This document shows, one piece after another, positions 14,273 to 28,400 of a DNA stretch of 64,000 nucleotides (position 1 is the first letter of the stretch; every line of letters begins with the position of its first letter). The notes under the pieces are model-generated. The model did not search any database and had not been told where the DNA came from. It was given only the letters and a program-made list of their open reading frames with translations. The DNA is from Octopus vulgaris. Its lineage: Eukaryota. The DNA lies in assembly GCA_951406725.2 (NCBI GenBank), contig OX597833.1, positions 63,798,001 to 63,862,000 on the forward strand. Reading direction: 5' to 3'. The position numbers were made by a program, and so were the translations under genes.

Positions 14273-15139
14273 TATGTATATATATATATATACATATATA
14301 TATATACATACATATGTATATATTTATATATACATACACACATACATGGATACGTACATAAATATTTACGTCCATATATAAATATATATATACTTATACA
14401 TACATACGTACATATAATGTATATATATGTGTATACACATACATACATACATACATAGATTCATACATATGTGTGTGTATGTATATGTATACATAGCGTA
14501 CATACATAGAGAATCAAAGAGAATACCAAATGAAGATAAAGATAATAACGACAACGCGATTTCGTTTAGCTTAATCGTTTTTCTTATTTCAGATATTCTA
14601 TGAAATGCTTAGAGATTTTCTGTTAATAATTCATCAATTCTTTTTATCTGTTGGTAAATTCCAAACATTACATAGACGTATGGAAGAAGAAGACTTTGAA
14701 GTGACTCAATCTGGATATATGTCGTTCATTAATCATAGATAGTAAATATACATGTACATGCTTTAACGGAAAGTGTACGGGTTGTTGTAATTGAATATAT
14801 AAGGGACGTTACTGTAAGCAAAGAAAAATATGTACAACTGTTCGTATTTATAAACATTAATATGGATTTCTTTTCCTTTTTCTTCTACTTCCTGCCTGTT
14901 CTTAGCTTCGATAAACACGATCATAAATGAAGTATATCGATCGACGATCGAACGTTTATGTATGTATACATGTATATATGCATGTTTTTATGTATTTGTG
15001 TACCTATGTACGTATGTATACATACATATAAATATATATGTGTATACATATATATATATATACATGCATGTCTGTACGTATGTATGTACATATGCGTGTG
15101 CATATATATATATATATGTGTGTGTGTGTGTATATATAA

Positions 15140-15277
15140 ATATCAGAGTAAGAACATAAATGTGAAACAAGGTGGAAAAAATAGTACTCGAATACCGGAG
15201 GTAGAGTAATATACCTTATTAATAAAGCTTCAGTAACCGTTTTTGTGATGTCTCTGCAGCTTTATTAATGAAGTATA
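15140..15277 (-). mobile_element. Probable PLE pLTR remnant with small fold-back
   Basis: Hairpin ataccttattaataaagct...agctttattaatgaagtat; minus tactctacctccggtattcgagtact resembles tactctgctatgtattgagtacc at 42603 and 49771. Confidence 0.5.
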
Positions 15278-15282
15278 TATGC

Positions 15283-15320
<38 letters not shown>

Positions 15321-15367
15321 GCATGTATATACATATGTATATATATGTATACGCACACACACTCACA

Positions 15368-15413
<46 letters not shown>

Positions 15414-15460
15414 GTTTTATGTTTATTCTCACTTCGAAATATCTGTTTGCTTGCTATTTC

Positions 15461-15495
15461 AGTATGATGACGGAAGGTGAAACTTCGGAGTCACT
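15461..15495 (+). ncRNA. Degenerate minimal hammerhead ribozyme motif
   Basis: agt-ATGATGA-cggaaggt-GAAAC-ttcgga-GTC-act: stem I agt/act, stem III ACT/AGT, C3 changed to A, stem II weak. Confidence 0.45.
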
Positions 15496-16727
15496 ATTAA
15501 CCTTTTTCCGTATAAAAGACGCATCACCAACATTCATCAGCGTCATTCTTTCCTTCACCTTCATCACCCCCCGTCAGAAATCACCTCCTCCACCTCCACC
15601 ATCACCGGTGTAAATGGAACTATCATTCTCTTACCTACACTCATTACAACCACCACCACCAAAATCCCCCCTCCATTGCAGCTGCCACCACTCCTCTCCC
15701 TTCACCTCCACAACCTTCACTTCAAGCCAGGGAACTTCTATGCAGTCACCCTCCCTGCTAGAAATAGCCAACAAATCTCCGAAAAAACGCACAAAACAGG
15801 AAAATGAAACAAATATGGATCATTTGTTTCGACCCCCCCCCCCGAGTAGGGAATGGTCCTCAAAAGTAACCCCCAATAGTTTTCCCCCCAAATTCTTATT
15901 TTCTTGGAATGTATATAGTCCGAGGAATATTTGTAGAAAATTTCATTAAAACATATATATTTTCTTGAAAGTTAAGACGAATTGAATTGGCCGCCGGTGA
16001 ATTGGCCGAAATTCCCCATCCCATCCCCTCCTAAAAGACTTTCCTCAATAGTTTTGTATATTCGGAATCTTCATAATATGACACATATTCGTAGAAAATT
16101 TCATTAACAAATATCCAGTTTTCTGAAAGTTATGATCAACCAAAGTTGTGTGTGTGGGGGGGACAGGAATCTGTAGTTATGCCTCCGTGACAACGTCTGG
16201 CATTGGTGCCCCAAAAGAAACACTTTAAAACTGAAAAAAGAACCATTTTAAAACTATCTCAGTCTCTTGGTGTATGACTAATGTCCGAAACGTTAAACTC
16301 TTACTCGCGTCTTCTTTACAGTGTAAACTTAAGAACATTCTACTCCTATTTCGTTTTGTCGTTGTTAATTCCTGATATATTTCTAGACGTCCTCAGAATA
16401 AACAATTTACAGTATTTACTTCTTAGAAATTTGAAATAAGAGTATTTTACAGAATAATGTGTAACACAATTGTCTGACACAATATATATACATGATTCGA
16501 GACACGTGATAGGATCTAATGGTATTTGGTTTCATAATATTAGCACTTACATTGTCAATTGACATTTATGTGCAAAAATATTTCTAGACAAAATGGTTGA
16601 AGAGAAAGCATTTTGCTGGAGGCCGTTTCTGGTTGGTGTGCAAATCTAGCCTCTGTTTCATTGTTTCGCTTTCTCTGTTGAAGAGCAAAATGGTCGAAAT
16701 GCTAGATTCTTCGTGTCTTTTGTACTT

Positions 16728-16780
<53 letters not shown>

Positions 16781-16781
16781 A

Positions 16782-16822
<41 letters not shown>

Positions 16823-17125
16823 CGCACACACACACGCACACACACAGACACACACACATACATACACACACACATTTACACTATGTATGCGTGTATATAT
16901 ATATTTATATATATATTTATAAATATATATATTCATGTATGTATACATATATATGTGTGCGTGTATACACACGTATACAAACTCACACATGCACATACAT
17001 ACATATATGTATATATATATATATATGTATGTATATATATGCGTATGTGTACATATGCATACATATATGTATGTATCTATATGTATATATATATATATAT
17101 TTATATATGTATGCATATGTATATA

Positions 17126-17195
<70 letters not shown>

Positions 17196-17404
17196 GACAT
17201 ATACATATATACACACACATAATATGTGTATGTATATATGCATGTATGTATTGGCAGCAGATTGCAAATTATAAATACTAAACATGGAAGATGGAAATAA
17301 AGAAAACGAAGCAGAAAAAGAAGAAAGATGACCAAAGGAGGAGGAGGAAGACGAGGCTGGAGGGGGGGAAGAAGCGGAGGATGAAGAGGGGGGAAGCAAA
17401 GAAA

Positions 17405-17445
17405 CCACTACCAACACCACCACCACCACCACCGCCACTACCACT

Positions 17446-17489
<44 letters not shown>

Positions 17490-17578
17490 CACTACCACTA
17501 CTACTACTACAACTACCACCACCACATCTACTACTACTACTACTACTAAAACCACTACCACCATCACCACCACCACTT

Positions 17579-17612
<34 letters not shown>

Positions 17613-17790
17613 AACTACTACTACCACCACCATCACCACCACCACCACTACCACCACTACTACTACTACAAATACTACCACCATCACCACCACTACTACT
17701 ACTACTACTACTACAAATATTACCACCATCACCACTACTACTACCACCACCACCACCACCACCTACCACAACAACAATAAGAATACCAAC
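17405..17790. repeat. (CAC/TAC)n compound trinucleotide repeat
   Basis: Direct reading. Confidence 0.95.
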
Positions 17791-18060
17791 AACATCAACG
17801 GCTCTCATCAATGATAGAGTAGACATATAAAGCATAGAAGCAATGAAGCATGTAGAACGCAGCTCTGCCAATTTATAAATAAACTGATACCAATGAAATG
17901 TCCTACAGCTTCCTGGTGGCTTCCGCCCATGTCCCCCACCTCGCCGCCCTTACCTCGTCCCGCCACTCGTTCGTTCGACGTCAACGCATTGGCTTCCATG
18001 AAAGCCGACGGAATTTTTATACGGCTACAAGCTTTTGTAAGTATTATTTTTATCGGTTGA

Positions 18061-18061
<1 letters not shown>

Positions 18062-18141
<80 letters not shown>

Positions 18142-18453
18142 AGAGAGATAAAGAGATAGAGAGAGACAGAAACAGGTGGGGAAAAGAGGATGCATGAGAG
18201 AGAATGATAAAGATAGCGAGATAGATATAGAGAAAAAGAAATAGAGACAGAGATAGAGATGGATAGAGAGAAGCAGAGAGAGAGAGGGAGGGGGAGAGGG
18301 AGAGAGAGAAATAAGAACAGACAGAGATAGAGAAAGAGATGGAGAGAGAAAGATAGAGATAGTGAGATAAATGGATATCAAGAAAGAGAAATAGAGACAG
18401 AGATAGTGATAGAGAGAGAGAGAGTGGGAGGAAGAGAAACGGAAATAGATAGC

Positions 18454-18489
<36 letters not shown>

Positions 18490-18507
18490 AATTCGAAATA
18501 GACAGAT

Positions 18508-18540
<33 letters not shown>
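18062..18540. repeat. (GA)n and GA-rich low-complexity tract
   Basis: Direct reading. Confidence 0.95.
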
Positions 18541-18547
<7 letters not shown>

Positions 18548-19214
18548 ATTATACTAATTTAATATATATTTATTCCACACCAAGTGGCCTAGTGCTACGA
18601 GAAACAATTGTTGATACACAGGTAAACAAGAAATGGAGACAAAAATAAATATAGATAGAGAGAAATATATATATATTGATACGTTCAGAGTGATTTGGAG
18701 AGAGAAACCACGAAAGAGAATAGAGGAGAGAGAGAGCATAGATAATAGATAAAAGGAGAGAGAGAGAGAGATAGAGAGAACTAGGGTGAGATAGAGAGTG
18801 AGAGCGAGAGAGGAGGTAAGGGAGAAATTCGTTTTTGAAGTGAAATATGTCAGCATCACTCCGCCACTTAGCTGATTAATTGTAAACACTCAGAAACTAT
18901 TAATTTTTTTCAGCTCCTCTCGAAGTAGTTAAGAGGTTATTTTATCTTAACAGTTTAGAATTTATAATGGTTAAGCAACGAATAGCCTAATGCAGCCATT
19001 TTGTTGTTGGTGATGGTGTTGGTGTTGGTGGTGTAATGAGCCTGCATACAGGTCAGGTTAAGGTTGAGCAGAAGCGTGTCCAGATGAAAGAAGTTCCAGG
19101 CGTGACCATCGAGTCGGAGAGTTTTTGTTTACTTATATAGGCCAATTTTTTATGCTTAAATATGTTCCGGTCGTGGCTATCCAGTTGTGGTGGTTTTGTT
19201 TGATCTCTCTAGGT

Positions 19215-19705
19215 CAGCTCTTGGTCGAGAAGAAACAAATTGATACACAGGTAAACAAGAAAGTGACAACCTAATTGGAGAATCGTTCGTTAACCACTTA
19301 CTCAACTTCCCGTCGAGAAGGCACACCAATGATGAAAGATGTTCCAGCCGTGACGATCTAGTTCAGGAATCGTTGTCCAGTCACTAGCCAAACACCTGGT
19401 CGAAAAGGCAAACCTATAATGAAAGACGTTCTACCCGTGACCAACCATTCGCTCTATAGTTCCCCTGCTAGACTTTTGGTCGAAAAGGCACACCGAAGAC
19501 AAAAGACACTCCAGATATGACCACCCTATTGAAGAACCGTTCTTTAATCCCCAGCTCAACTCCTGGTCAAGAAGGCAGACCAATGATGAAAGATGTTCTA
19601 GCTGTGACCAACCACTAATAGAGTCACTCTTTAGTACTTTGCTCAACTTTTGTTCGAGAAAGCAAACCTATGATGAAAGATGCTTTAATCGTGACCATCC
19701 AATAG
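19215..19705. repeat. Diverged ~85-bp tandem repeat, 5-6 units
   Basis: ggtcgaraaggcaNacc(a/t)atgatgaaagatgttccagccgtgacca recurs at ~19223, 19312, 19398, 19478, 19565, 19652. Confidence 0.85.
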
Positions 19706-19739
19706 CAGTGTTCATAGCTGAGAATGGCACATTACCTTA

Positions 19740-19870
19740 ATTTTTATATTGTTTACATTATTTACATTTGACGGATATTTGTCCTCATCTTGTTTGTTGT
19801 TACTCTCCAGCCTTCATCTTGGGGAAATTTCGAACCTGGGTTCTCATTCCTAAGGTATTTTTTCGATGTT
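19740..19870 (-). mobile_element. Probable PLE 3' UTR/pLTR segment, continuation of 20524-20975
   Basis: Lies directly beyond the (TAA)n-embedded Dong-like insert; contains gatgaaggctgg, a possible remnant of a deleted hammerhead core (inference). Confidence 0.45.
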
Positions 19871-19885
19871 ATTATTATTGTTATT

Positions 19886-20351
19886 CTATGTTTGACTTTT
19901 GCCTTATGTCTGTACAAGATGGCTCCAAGTCTCACCCAGAGACCTCAAGAGACAACAGGTTGGAAGTTCACGTTGTTGTTATGTCTAGTGTGCCATATAT
20001 TTGGGGTTTTTTTTTGGTGTTGTACTAGTGAATGTCTAATACATAAATTTAAAAAAAAAGTTTGTTTTAAACCTTGGGATTACATAGAGAGTATTTTGCG
20101 TAGGATATGAGCAGTTCCCATGAGCACTATCTTTTGAATTTCTGCCATTTTGGGGTTTCCTGGTATCTGAGTTAGGTAGCAATCAGCCCCTTTCGCTACC
20201 ATTCCCAGGGCACCTATGACAACAGGTATTGTTTTAGTCTTCAGGTTCCACATTTTGCTGATTTCTAATTCAAGATCTTTATATTTACTCAGTTTTTGGT
20301 AGGTCTTCACAGATACGTTTATATCGATTGGGACAGTCATATCAATGAGGA
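19886..20351 (-). mobile_element. R4/Dong-like non-LTR retrotransposon, 5'-truncated 3' end (restriction-like endonuclease C-terminus + UTR)
   Basis: LIDMTVPIDINVSVKTYQKLSKYKDLELEISKMW...TIPVVIGALG...IQKIVLMGTAHILRKILSM*; TAA repeats on both sides (20352-20523 and 19869-19885). Confidence 0.85.
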
Positions 20352-20974
<623 letters not shown>

Positions 20975-20975
<1 letters not shown>

Positions 20976-21137
20976 CGGTCCGTCGCAGGGTTACTCACTC
21001 TTGCCAACTGAGTGAACTGGAGCAACAAGAAACGAAGTGTTTTGCTCAAGAACACAACGCTGCGTCCGGTCCAGGAATCGAAACCACAATCTTACGATCG
21101 TGCGGCCAACATGTATACCACTAAGCCACACGCTTCC
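20975..21137 (-). mobile_element. CORE/V-like tRNA SINE 5' part
   Basis: Minus: gcgtgtggcttagtggta...ggtttcgattcctggacc...gttgtgttcttgagcaaaacacttc...gctccagttcactcag. Confidence 0.7.
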
Positions 21138-21674
21138 ACGTGTACAGCTTCATCAGAGAACAAAATCATTTCTTATCTTTTCGACTTTAACCGATACACG
21201 TGTTGCTGAAACAACGTGGCCAATTTAAAAAAAAATGCGAATAAATTTCATTGCACCTGCGTAGACAAACGCATACACACACACACACGCATACACGCGC
21301 CCACACACATACACATGCACACAACTATACACGTGCTGTCTGTCATTGTTTCCATTCTTTGGATTTTCCGGTTTCCTTTCCGACGAAAAGCTACGCTCGG
21401 AAATTTAACGAGCCTCTCTTTTCCCCGAGCGCCAAACTAATACATTCCATGTGCACGTATTTTTGTTTGTTATTGATATTTTTAATGCTCGTTTATTCGA
21501 TTTGAACATATATATGTACACTTTTGTATGTACATTCCTTTATGTACACTGATTTGTTCTGCTTTTTCATGTTTAACCCTACAGTCTCTTATGTGGTGGT
21601 TTAATAAAGTATGTGAATGAGTATTATCTGATAATTGATATTTGATTTAGATGTATTTCTCCATTTTCTTATCT

Positions 21675-21713
<39 letters not shown>

Positions 21714-21715
<2 letters not shown>

Positions 21716-21897
21716 TCTTTACTCTTTTACTCTTTTACTTGTTTCAGTCATTTGACTGCGGCCATGCTGGAGCACCGCCTTTAGTCGAGCAAATCGACCC
21801 CGGGACTTATTCTTTTTGTAACCGCTAGGTTACGGTGACGTAAACACACCAGCATCGGTTGTCAAGCGATGCTAGGGGGACAAACACAGACACACAA

Positions 21898-21928
<31 letters not shown>

Positions 21929-22097
21929 CATATATACGACGGGCTTCTTTCAGTTTCCGTCTACCAAATCCACTCACAAGGCTTTGGACGGCCCGAGGTT
22001 ATAGTAGAAAACACTTGCCCAATGTGCCACGCAGTGGGACTGAACCCGGAACCATGGGGTTGGTAAGAAAGCTACTTACCACGCAGCCACTCCTGCG

Positions 22098-22100
<3 letters not shown>
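21714..22100 (-). mobile_element. SINE family A, full length with internal deletion, within (TA)n
   Basis: Aligns to the 10893 copy; (TA)n on both flanks. Confidence 0.92.
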
Positions 22101-22139
<39 letters not shown>

Positions 22140-22140
<1 letters not shown>

Positions 22141-22320
22141 ATGGATCGCTACCCACTGAAACTCTTTTCTTTTCTTTACCTGTTTATTTCTGTGTTACTT
22201 TCTGTTCTGTCGAAGAGCGTAGGCTCGAAACGTAAAATACTTTCTCACTTCGCGAGCACTAAACTAATACATCTCTTTGTTTTTCCCACACCCGTCTTTT
22301 GTTTTTTTGTGCATTTAGGG
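22140..22320 (+). mobile_element. PLE-type pLTR remnant with minimal hammerhead-like core
   Basis: tctgtCGAAGAgcgtaggctCGAAACGTAaaa; homologous to 58710-58905. Confidence 0.55.
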
Positions 22321-22521
22321 GAGGTCATGTAACCACACATGTACTCTTTCAATATTTTTCCTTCTCTACAAACCAATCGTCATTTCTCTTTCTGAAGAAG
22401 GGCCATTCTCGAAATATCGCGCCCACTTTTTCCATCTTAAACTGAGCGTCAACCTAATGCATTCGCTGTGTACGTTTTTTGACATTTGTTGCGTTTGTTT
22501 ATATTTTCAATTTCGATTTTG

Positions 22522-22559
<38 letters not shown>

Positions 22560-22562
<3 letters not shown>

Positions 22563-22830
22563 TGTAATCACGTAACCGACCAGACCATCAGATGTTGTTA
22601 CACATCGCTGGTCACAATGCGTTCGCATTGTTTTAGCCTTCGAATGACGCAACCCCGCTGGGTAAGCGAGCAGGCCAACAGAAGAAAGAGTGGGAGAAAG
22701 AGTGGTGAAAGAGTACAGCAGGGATCGCCACCACCCCCTGTCGGAGCCTCGTGGAGCTTTTAGGTGTTTTCGCTCAATAAACACTCACAACGCCCGGTCT
22801 GGGAATCGAAACCACTAGGCCATTGCGCCT

Positions 22831-22832
<2 letters not shown>
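22560..22832 (-). mobile_element. SINE family C (tRNA head with internal deletion) within (TA)n
   Basis: Minus: ggaggcgcaatggcctagtggtttcgattcccagaccgggcgttgtgagtgtttattgagcgaaaacacc; same head at 48476. Confidence 0.8.
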
Positions 22833-22875
<43 letters not shown>

Positions 22876-22876
22876 A

Positions 22877-22920
<44 letters not shown>

Positions 22921-23310
22921 GTAAAATATATAGAATGGCAAATATTTTTAGAAATTTCACCACCAGTGGCCTAGCATGTATAAAAAGTAAATAGACAACA
23001 TATTCTCAATATAAAATAGTGGACTGGTAAAATATACACGCTTTCTGACTGCTTCTTCTAGCGTGTAAAAATTACCTGTTAAAGGTAGTTTCCTCTTGTG
23101 TTCTAAATGTACACTATTTTTTTTATATATATTAATATACATCTTTAAGTTTGTCTATATATATATATATGTCACTTTCTCTTTGTTTGTTTGTTTGTTT
23201 GTTTCTTTCTTTCTTTCTCTCTCTCTCTTTATATAAATATATATATTTACACACATACCTACATATACATATGTATGTATATATATTTATGTATGTATAT
23301 GTATGCATGC

Positions 23311-23392
<82 letters not shown>

Positions 23393-23587
23393 CATATATC
23401 TATATATGTATATATATAAGTATATATATGTATGTGTGTGTGTGTGAGATGAAATTAAACCAAGAGAAAAATTACAAATACTACAATCTAGCAAGTTGTA
23501 TCAATATGTATATAAGAAACAGGTTTGTCAAATATCATACAACATAAATTTTTCGTTTATTGAATTTATCTCCGCTTCCCTGGTATA

Positions 23588-23630
<43 letters not shown>

Positions 23631-24269
23631 CGATCGATCGATCGATCTAGGAATATATACACACGCACATACGTACAAATATAAATTTATAATTTATATA
23701 AATTTTACATAAATACCTACATACACATTTATATTTAAGCATCTTATTTCTGGCAGTGGGAGTATGTATCCTCGTGGCATATGAGCACATTAAAGCACTT
23801 GTTCAGCAAATGCTGAACATGAAGTAGCATTAAATATTAATGCAAAGTAATGAAACGATTTGTTCGTTGATACATGTGTTGTATTTGTGTGTCTCTTTGT
23901 TTCTCTTTTCTATTTTTGGTTCGGTTATTTTATTATTTTACAATCTGTATTCCCCACACCAAAGCTCTGTTATATAATATCAATACAAAATCAATTGTAC
24001 TCGCTCAGTTGTAAAAGATCAAAGTGAATTAGCTATAAGAGTTTGTCATTATTGATTTGCTAATGGAAAACAGTGACTTCTAATAATAATTGCTCAGGGA
24101 TCTGATTGTATCGCGCAGGTTCTATTTTGTCAGTTGTTTTGCGCATCGGTACGCGTATATACATTCCCTCGGCGCTATGGAAAATGACTGAACATCACAA
24201 CTTCCCAGAATTAGTTATTAGGTTTTCTTTGCTATCTAGGTAATCGTCATTATCATAAACGGTATTAGA

Positions 24270-24435
24270 AAGCGGTGAGATTGCAAACAGCATTTATACT
24301 GAATTGACGTTCTGAGTTGGAATGCCATCGAAGTCAACTTTGTGATTCATCGTTTCGGAGTTGATAAAATAAAGTACCAGTCAAATACTAGGGTCGATGT
24401 AATCGACAGGCCCTCACTAATAATTGCTGCCCTTG
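24270..24435 (+). mobile_element. Old SINE family B copy
   Basis: acgttctgagtt...gtcaactttg...ttcatcgtttcggagttgataaaataaagtaccag...gggtcgatgtaatcgac. Confidence 0.7.
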
Positions 24436-25220
24436 CACGAATGGCAGTATGGCTGCTAAAGGGAGGTAATGTAGGTTCAAAACCTACCCACATGCTTATA
24501 TATTTTTCTTTCTATCCTTCACAAGTAAATGCACCCTTCATTGAATCTCTCGAGCAGCTAAAGTAGCAGTCATATATTTCGCAAATCACGCTTTACAGCC
24601 TTAAATAACATAGGATATACTTCAAAATGTTGTCTTCGAAAATGATTGGAGGGCCACTTTTGCAATGCACAACAGCGACAATAACAACAAAGATCTACCT
24701 GACGACCAACTGTAATATCAGCATTGCTGTTTTATGGAGGTTATGTGCTGCAGATACTACTATCATGAATCCGGCTCCACCATGAAGATGGACCGACCGC
24801 CTTCCTTTGATCGGGAAAAGAAAGAATGTTGTTTTTCTCTGCATGGTTGCATAGTGGACAAGATTGAAAGGGCAAAGCATTCTAAGATGTTGCTTGTAGA
24901 CTGATGAGTAAGTAGGAATGAGGGGCCTTTGAAATGCTTCTTCGGGTAAGAGAAAGGTGACGGTCAGAATTTCGGATAATTGTTTGTTAGTGGTTTCGTT
25001 CGTATATCGAATTCGTCAAGACAAAGATCAAAATGAAAATGGTAACAACAGAAGTTTTCATTGCTCATTTCTATGTATCGGATGCTTTTTCGCTTTTATT
25101 AGAAGTGGAAAATATTGATTAGAAAGAGGAAAGAGAAAAAGAAATGCAAAACTGGGGGAATAGAAAGAGAGAGGTGTGAGGACAATAAAAAACTGAAGAA
25201 AAATAATAAAGGATGGGAAA

Positions 25221-25316
<96 letters not shown>

Positions 25317-25986
25317 AAGGGATAAAGATAGATAGAGAGATAGAGAAAGAGGTTTCTTTTCAATTTGATATGGTCAATTCATTGAAATTTCATTTTACCA
25401 CTGATTAGGAAGGATATCTTATATAGCTACTTGGCAAAGTAATTCGTGATGAAGATCACTTTTGGATTCCCATATCCAAGCAAACAATAAAAATAAAAAT
25501 AAATCCTTACAGAAGGATGAAAGATACTCAAAAATAGATTTAAGCAGGCCCTGCCTTATTATAGAATTTATATCCTATAGAGTGGCTTCTATCAAAATAT
25601 ACAATATATATATATACGACATGCATTTATGATGTTTGATTAAACGTACATAAAGAATAGATTGGATTATAAACAGTACCGAATTATTTTCTTATATGCT
25701 GACTTTATTTCCCTAATTCATGAATATTGTTCTAATATTTAATGCTTGTTCATGCAAAACGTGAAATTACACAGATTATACCACTTGACTATACACACGT
25801 AAAGGAATATACATTTTTATAGGAACTTTGATGTCTTTTTGAATTTTTCAGTGATGTCCGCTTCAATCCTACTTGCCTAAAATTGACACCAGCCCCTGTG
25901 AGAAGATGTGTTTATTTACAAATACGTTGACAGGTACACAATAAGATAGGATATACAATGGGAAAGGATATATACTGTACATATAT

Positions 25987-26028
<42 letters not shown>

Positions 26029-26180
26029 TAAAAAATGGAGTTAACGCAAACTCCATTTTTTTATTCATATTAATCAAAACATTCAACGTAAACACGAAGT
26101 TTCTACTTTATAAACAAGGAGTTACAACCGTGAGATTTTTTAACTATTTATTTATTTTTCCGTGTTAATTGATTACACTC

Positions 26181-26228
<48 letters not shown>

Positions 26229-26382
26229 ATGTGTATATATATATATATTGTGTTGGCTATTTTTTTTTTTGGAATCTATTTTTTTCGAGAATTCTATTTT
26301 TGAATCATGTTGGAATCAATTTGTTTTTTTTGTTTTTTTCAGTTAATTTTAGTTAATTTTTGTTTATTTTCAGATCATTAAA

Positions 26383-27018
26383 ATGGAATGTCAAGTTAAG
26401 AAAAACGAACATTTTCGACACCTCCTTCTTTTTGCTTTTAATTAAGGTTCTGAGGCCGTAAAAGCTGCTCGTGACATTTGTGCTGCGTATGGAGAGGGTG
26501 CCATAGCTGAAAGAACCGCTCATGATTGGTATGACAAGTTCAAAGTTAGAAATTTTGACCTGAAAGACACATCTCGTTCTGGCTGTCCAATTGAGTTCGA
26601 TGAAGAGAGATTAAACGAACTTTTGCACGAAAGTTCTCGTCAAACGACAAGGGAACTAGCAGAGAAAATGGAATGCTCCCACACTGCTATAGAGAAGCAT
26701 CTTCACTCGATGGGAAAGGTTCAGAAGTATGGAGCATGGGTTCCGCATGCTTTAAGTGACAACAACAAAAATCAACAAGCCACAATCTCCGCTGGTTTGC
26801 TTGCTCGTCACCGCTCAACTCATGGACACAAGCAACGATTTCTTTACCGAATCGTTACTGGTGACCAAAAATGGTGCCTGTACATCAATATGAAGCAGCG
26901 TAAGGAATGACTTAGCCCCGGTAAACAAGCGACACCGCGATAGAAACAAGATCTTCATCCGCGTAAAACGATGTTGTGCGTATGGTGAGACTGGGAAGGG
27001 ATTATCCATTACGAATTG
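26383..27018 (+). pseudogene. Mariner transposase pseudogene (N-terminal two thirds)
   Basis: MECQVKKNEHFRHLLLFAFN*G...WYDKFK...SRSGCP...WVPHALS...RIVTGDQKWCLY...LHPRKTMLCVW*DWEGIIHYEL: HTH, WVPHxL motif, first catalytic D; several stops; cut off by CT-rich tract. Confidence 0.93.
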
Positions 27019-27019
27019 C

Positions 27020-27345
27020 CTTTCTCCTCCTCCTCCTCCACCTCCTCCTCCGCTTCTTCTTCTTCCTCCTCCTCCTCACCCCTCCTCTCCTCCTCCTCTT
27101 CCTCCTCTTCTCCTCGTCTTCCTCCTCCTCTTCCCCTCCTCTTCCCCTCCCCTTCCCCTTCCCCTCCCCTTCCCCTTCCCCTCTCCATCCTCTCCTCCCC
27201 TTCCTCCTCTTCCTCTTTCTCCTCCTCCTCCCCTTCTTCCTCCTCCTCCTCCTCTTCGTCCTTCTCCTCCTCTACGCCTTATCTCGCCATGCCTCCTCCC
27301 TCCTCATCCTCTCCATGCCTTCTCCTTCCTCCTCCTTCTCCCTTC
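27020..27345. repeat. (CCT/CTT)n pyrimidine tract
   Basis: Direct reading. Confidence 0.95.
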
Positions 27346-27779
27346 CTATTCATCATTCCGGTGCCGTTATCGAACTCACTACCACACGATTGCGAGTCCA
27401 ACACCCTAACCACTGAGCCACGAATCTTCACACAAAACATAATTCGAAAGAGTTATCATTTCTGCTATTTCTAACAAAAACTGAGCAACCAACTCCAGGC
27501 CCCTTTTCCATTGGCTCTATTTCAGGAAGTGATTCAATTAGGAAGCTTTCCGTCCAACCAAAAATTGATAGAATATCGATCGGGAGAGACGCAAGGTCAA
27601 CGCTTCCCTCTGGCATACTTTGAATTATCTACCCTTGGCAGCGGAGGCATTCCTGTTCGTTTTTACATTCTTTTGATTCTGATTATAACATTTTTCAGGT
27701 AATACAAGATTACTGTTTTAATATAAACTTCTGACTGGGTGGTGGAGGTGGTGGCGGTGGTGATTCTAGCAGTTTTAGT

Positions 27780-28400
<621 letters not shown>

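Noticed and set aside
15860-16140. Imperfect direct repeat gtagaaaatttcattaa...gaaagtta
   Set aside because: Looks like internal repeats of an old DNA-element remnant; no termini identifiable, so not classified
19215-19705. CRISPR-like repeat-spacer appearance
   Set aside because: Repeats are heavily diverged, spacers are homologous to each other, there are no cas genes, and the context is eukaryotic
26383-27018. SETMAR-like host gene
   Set aside because: Multiple in-frame stops, truncated, no SET domain; a mariner fossil
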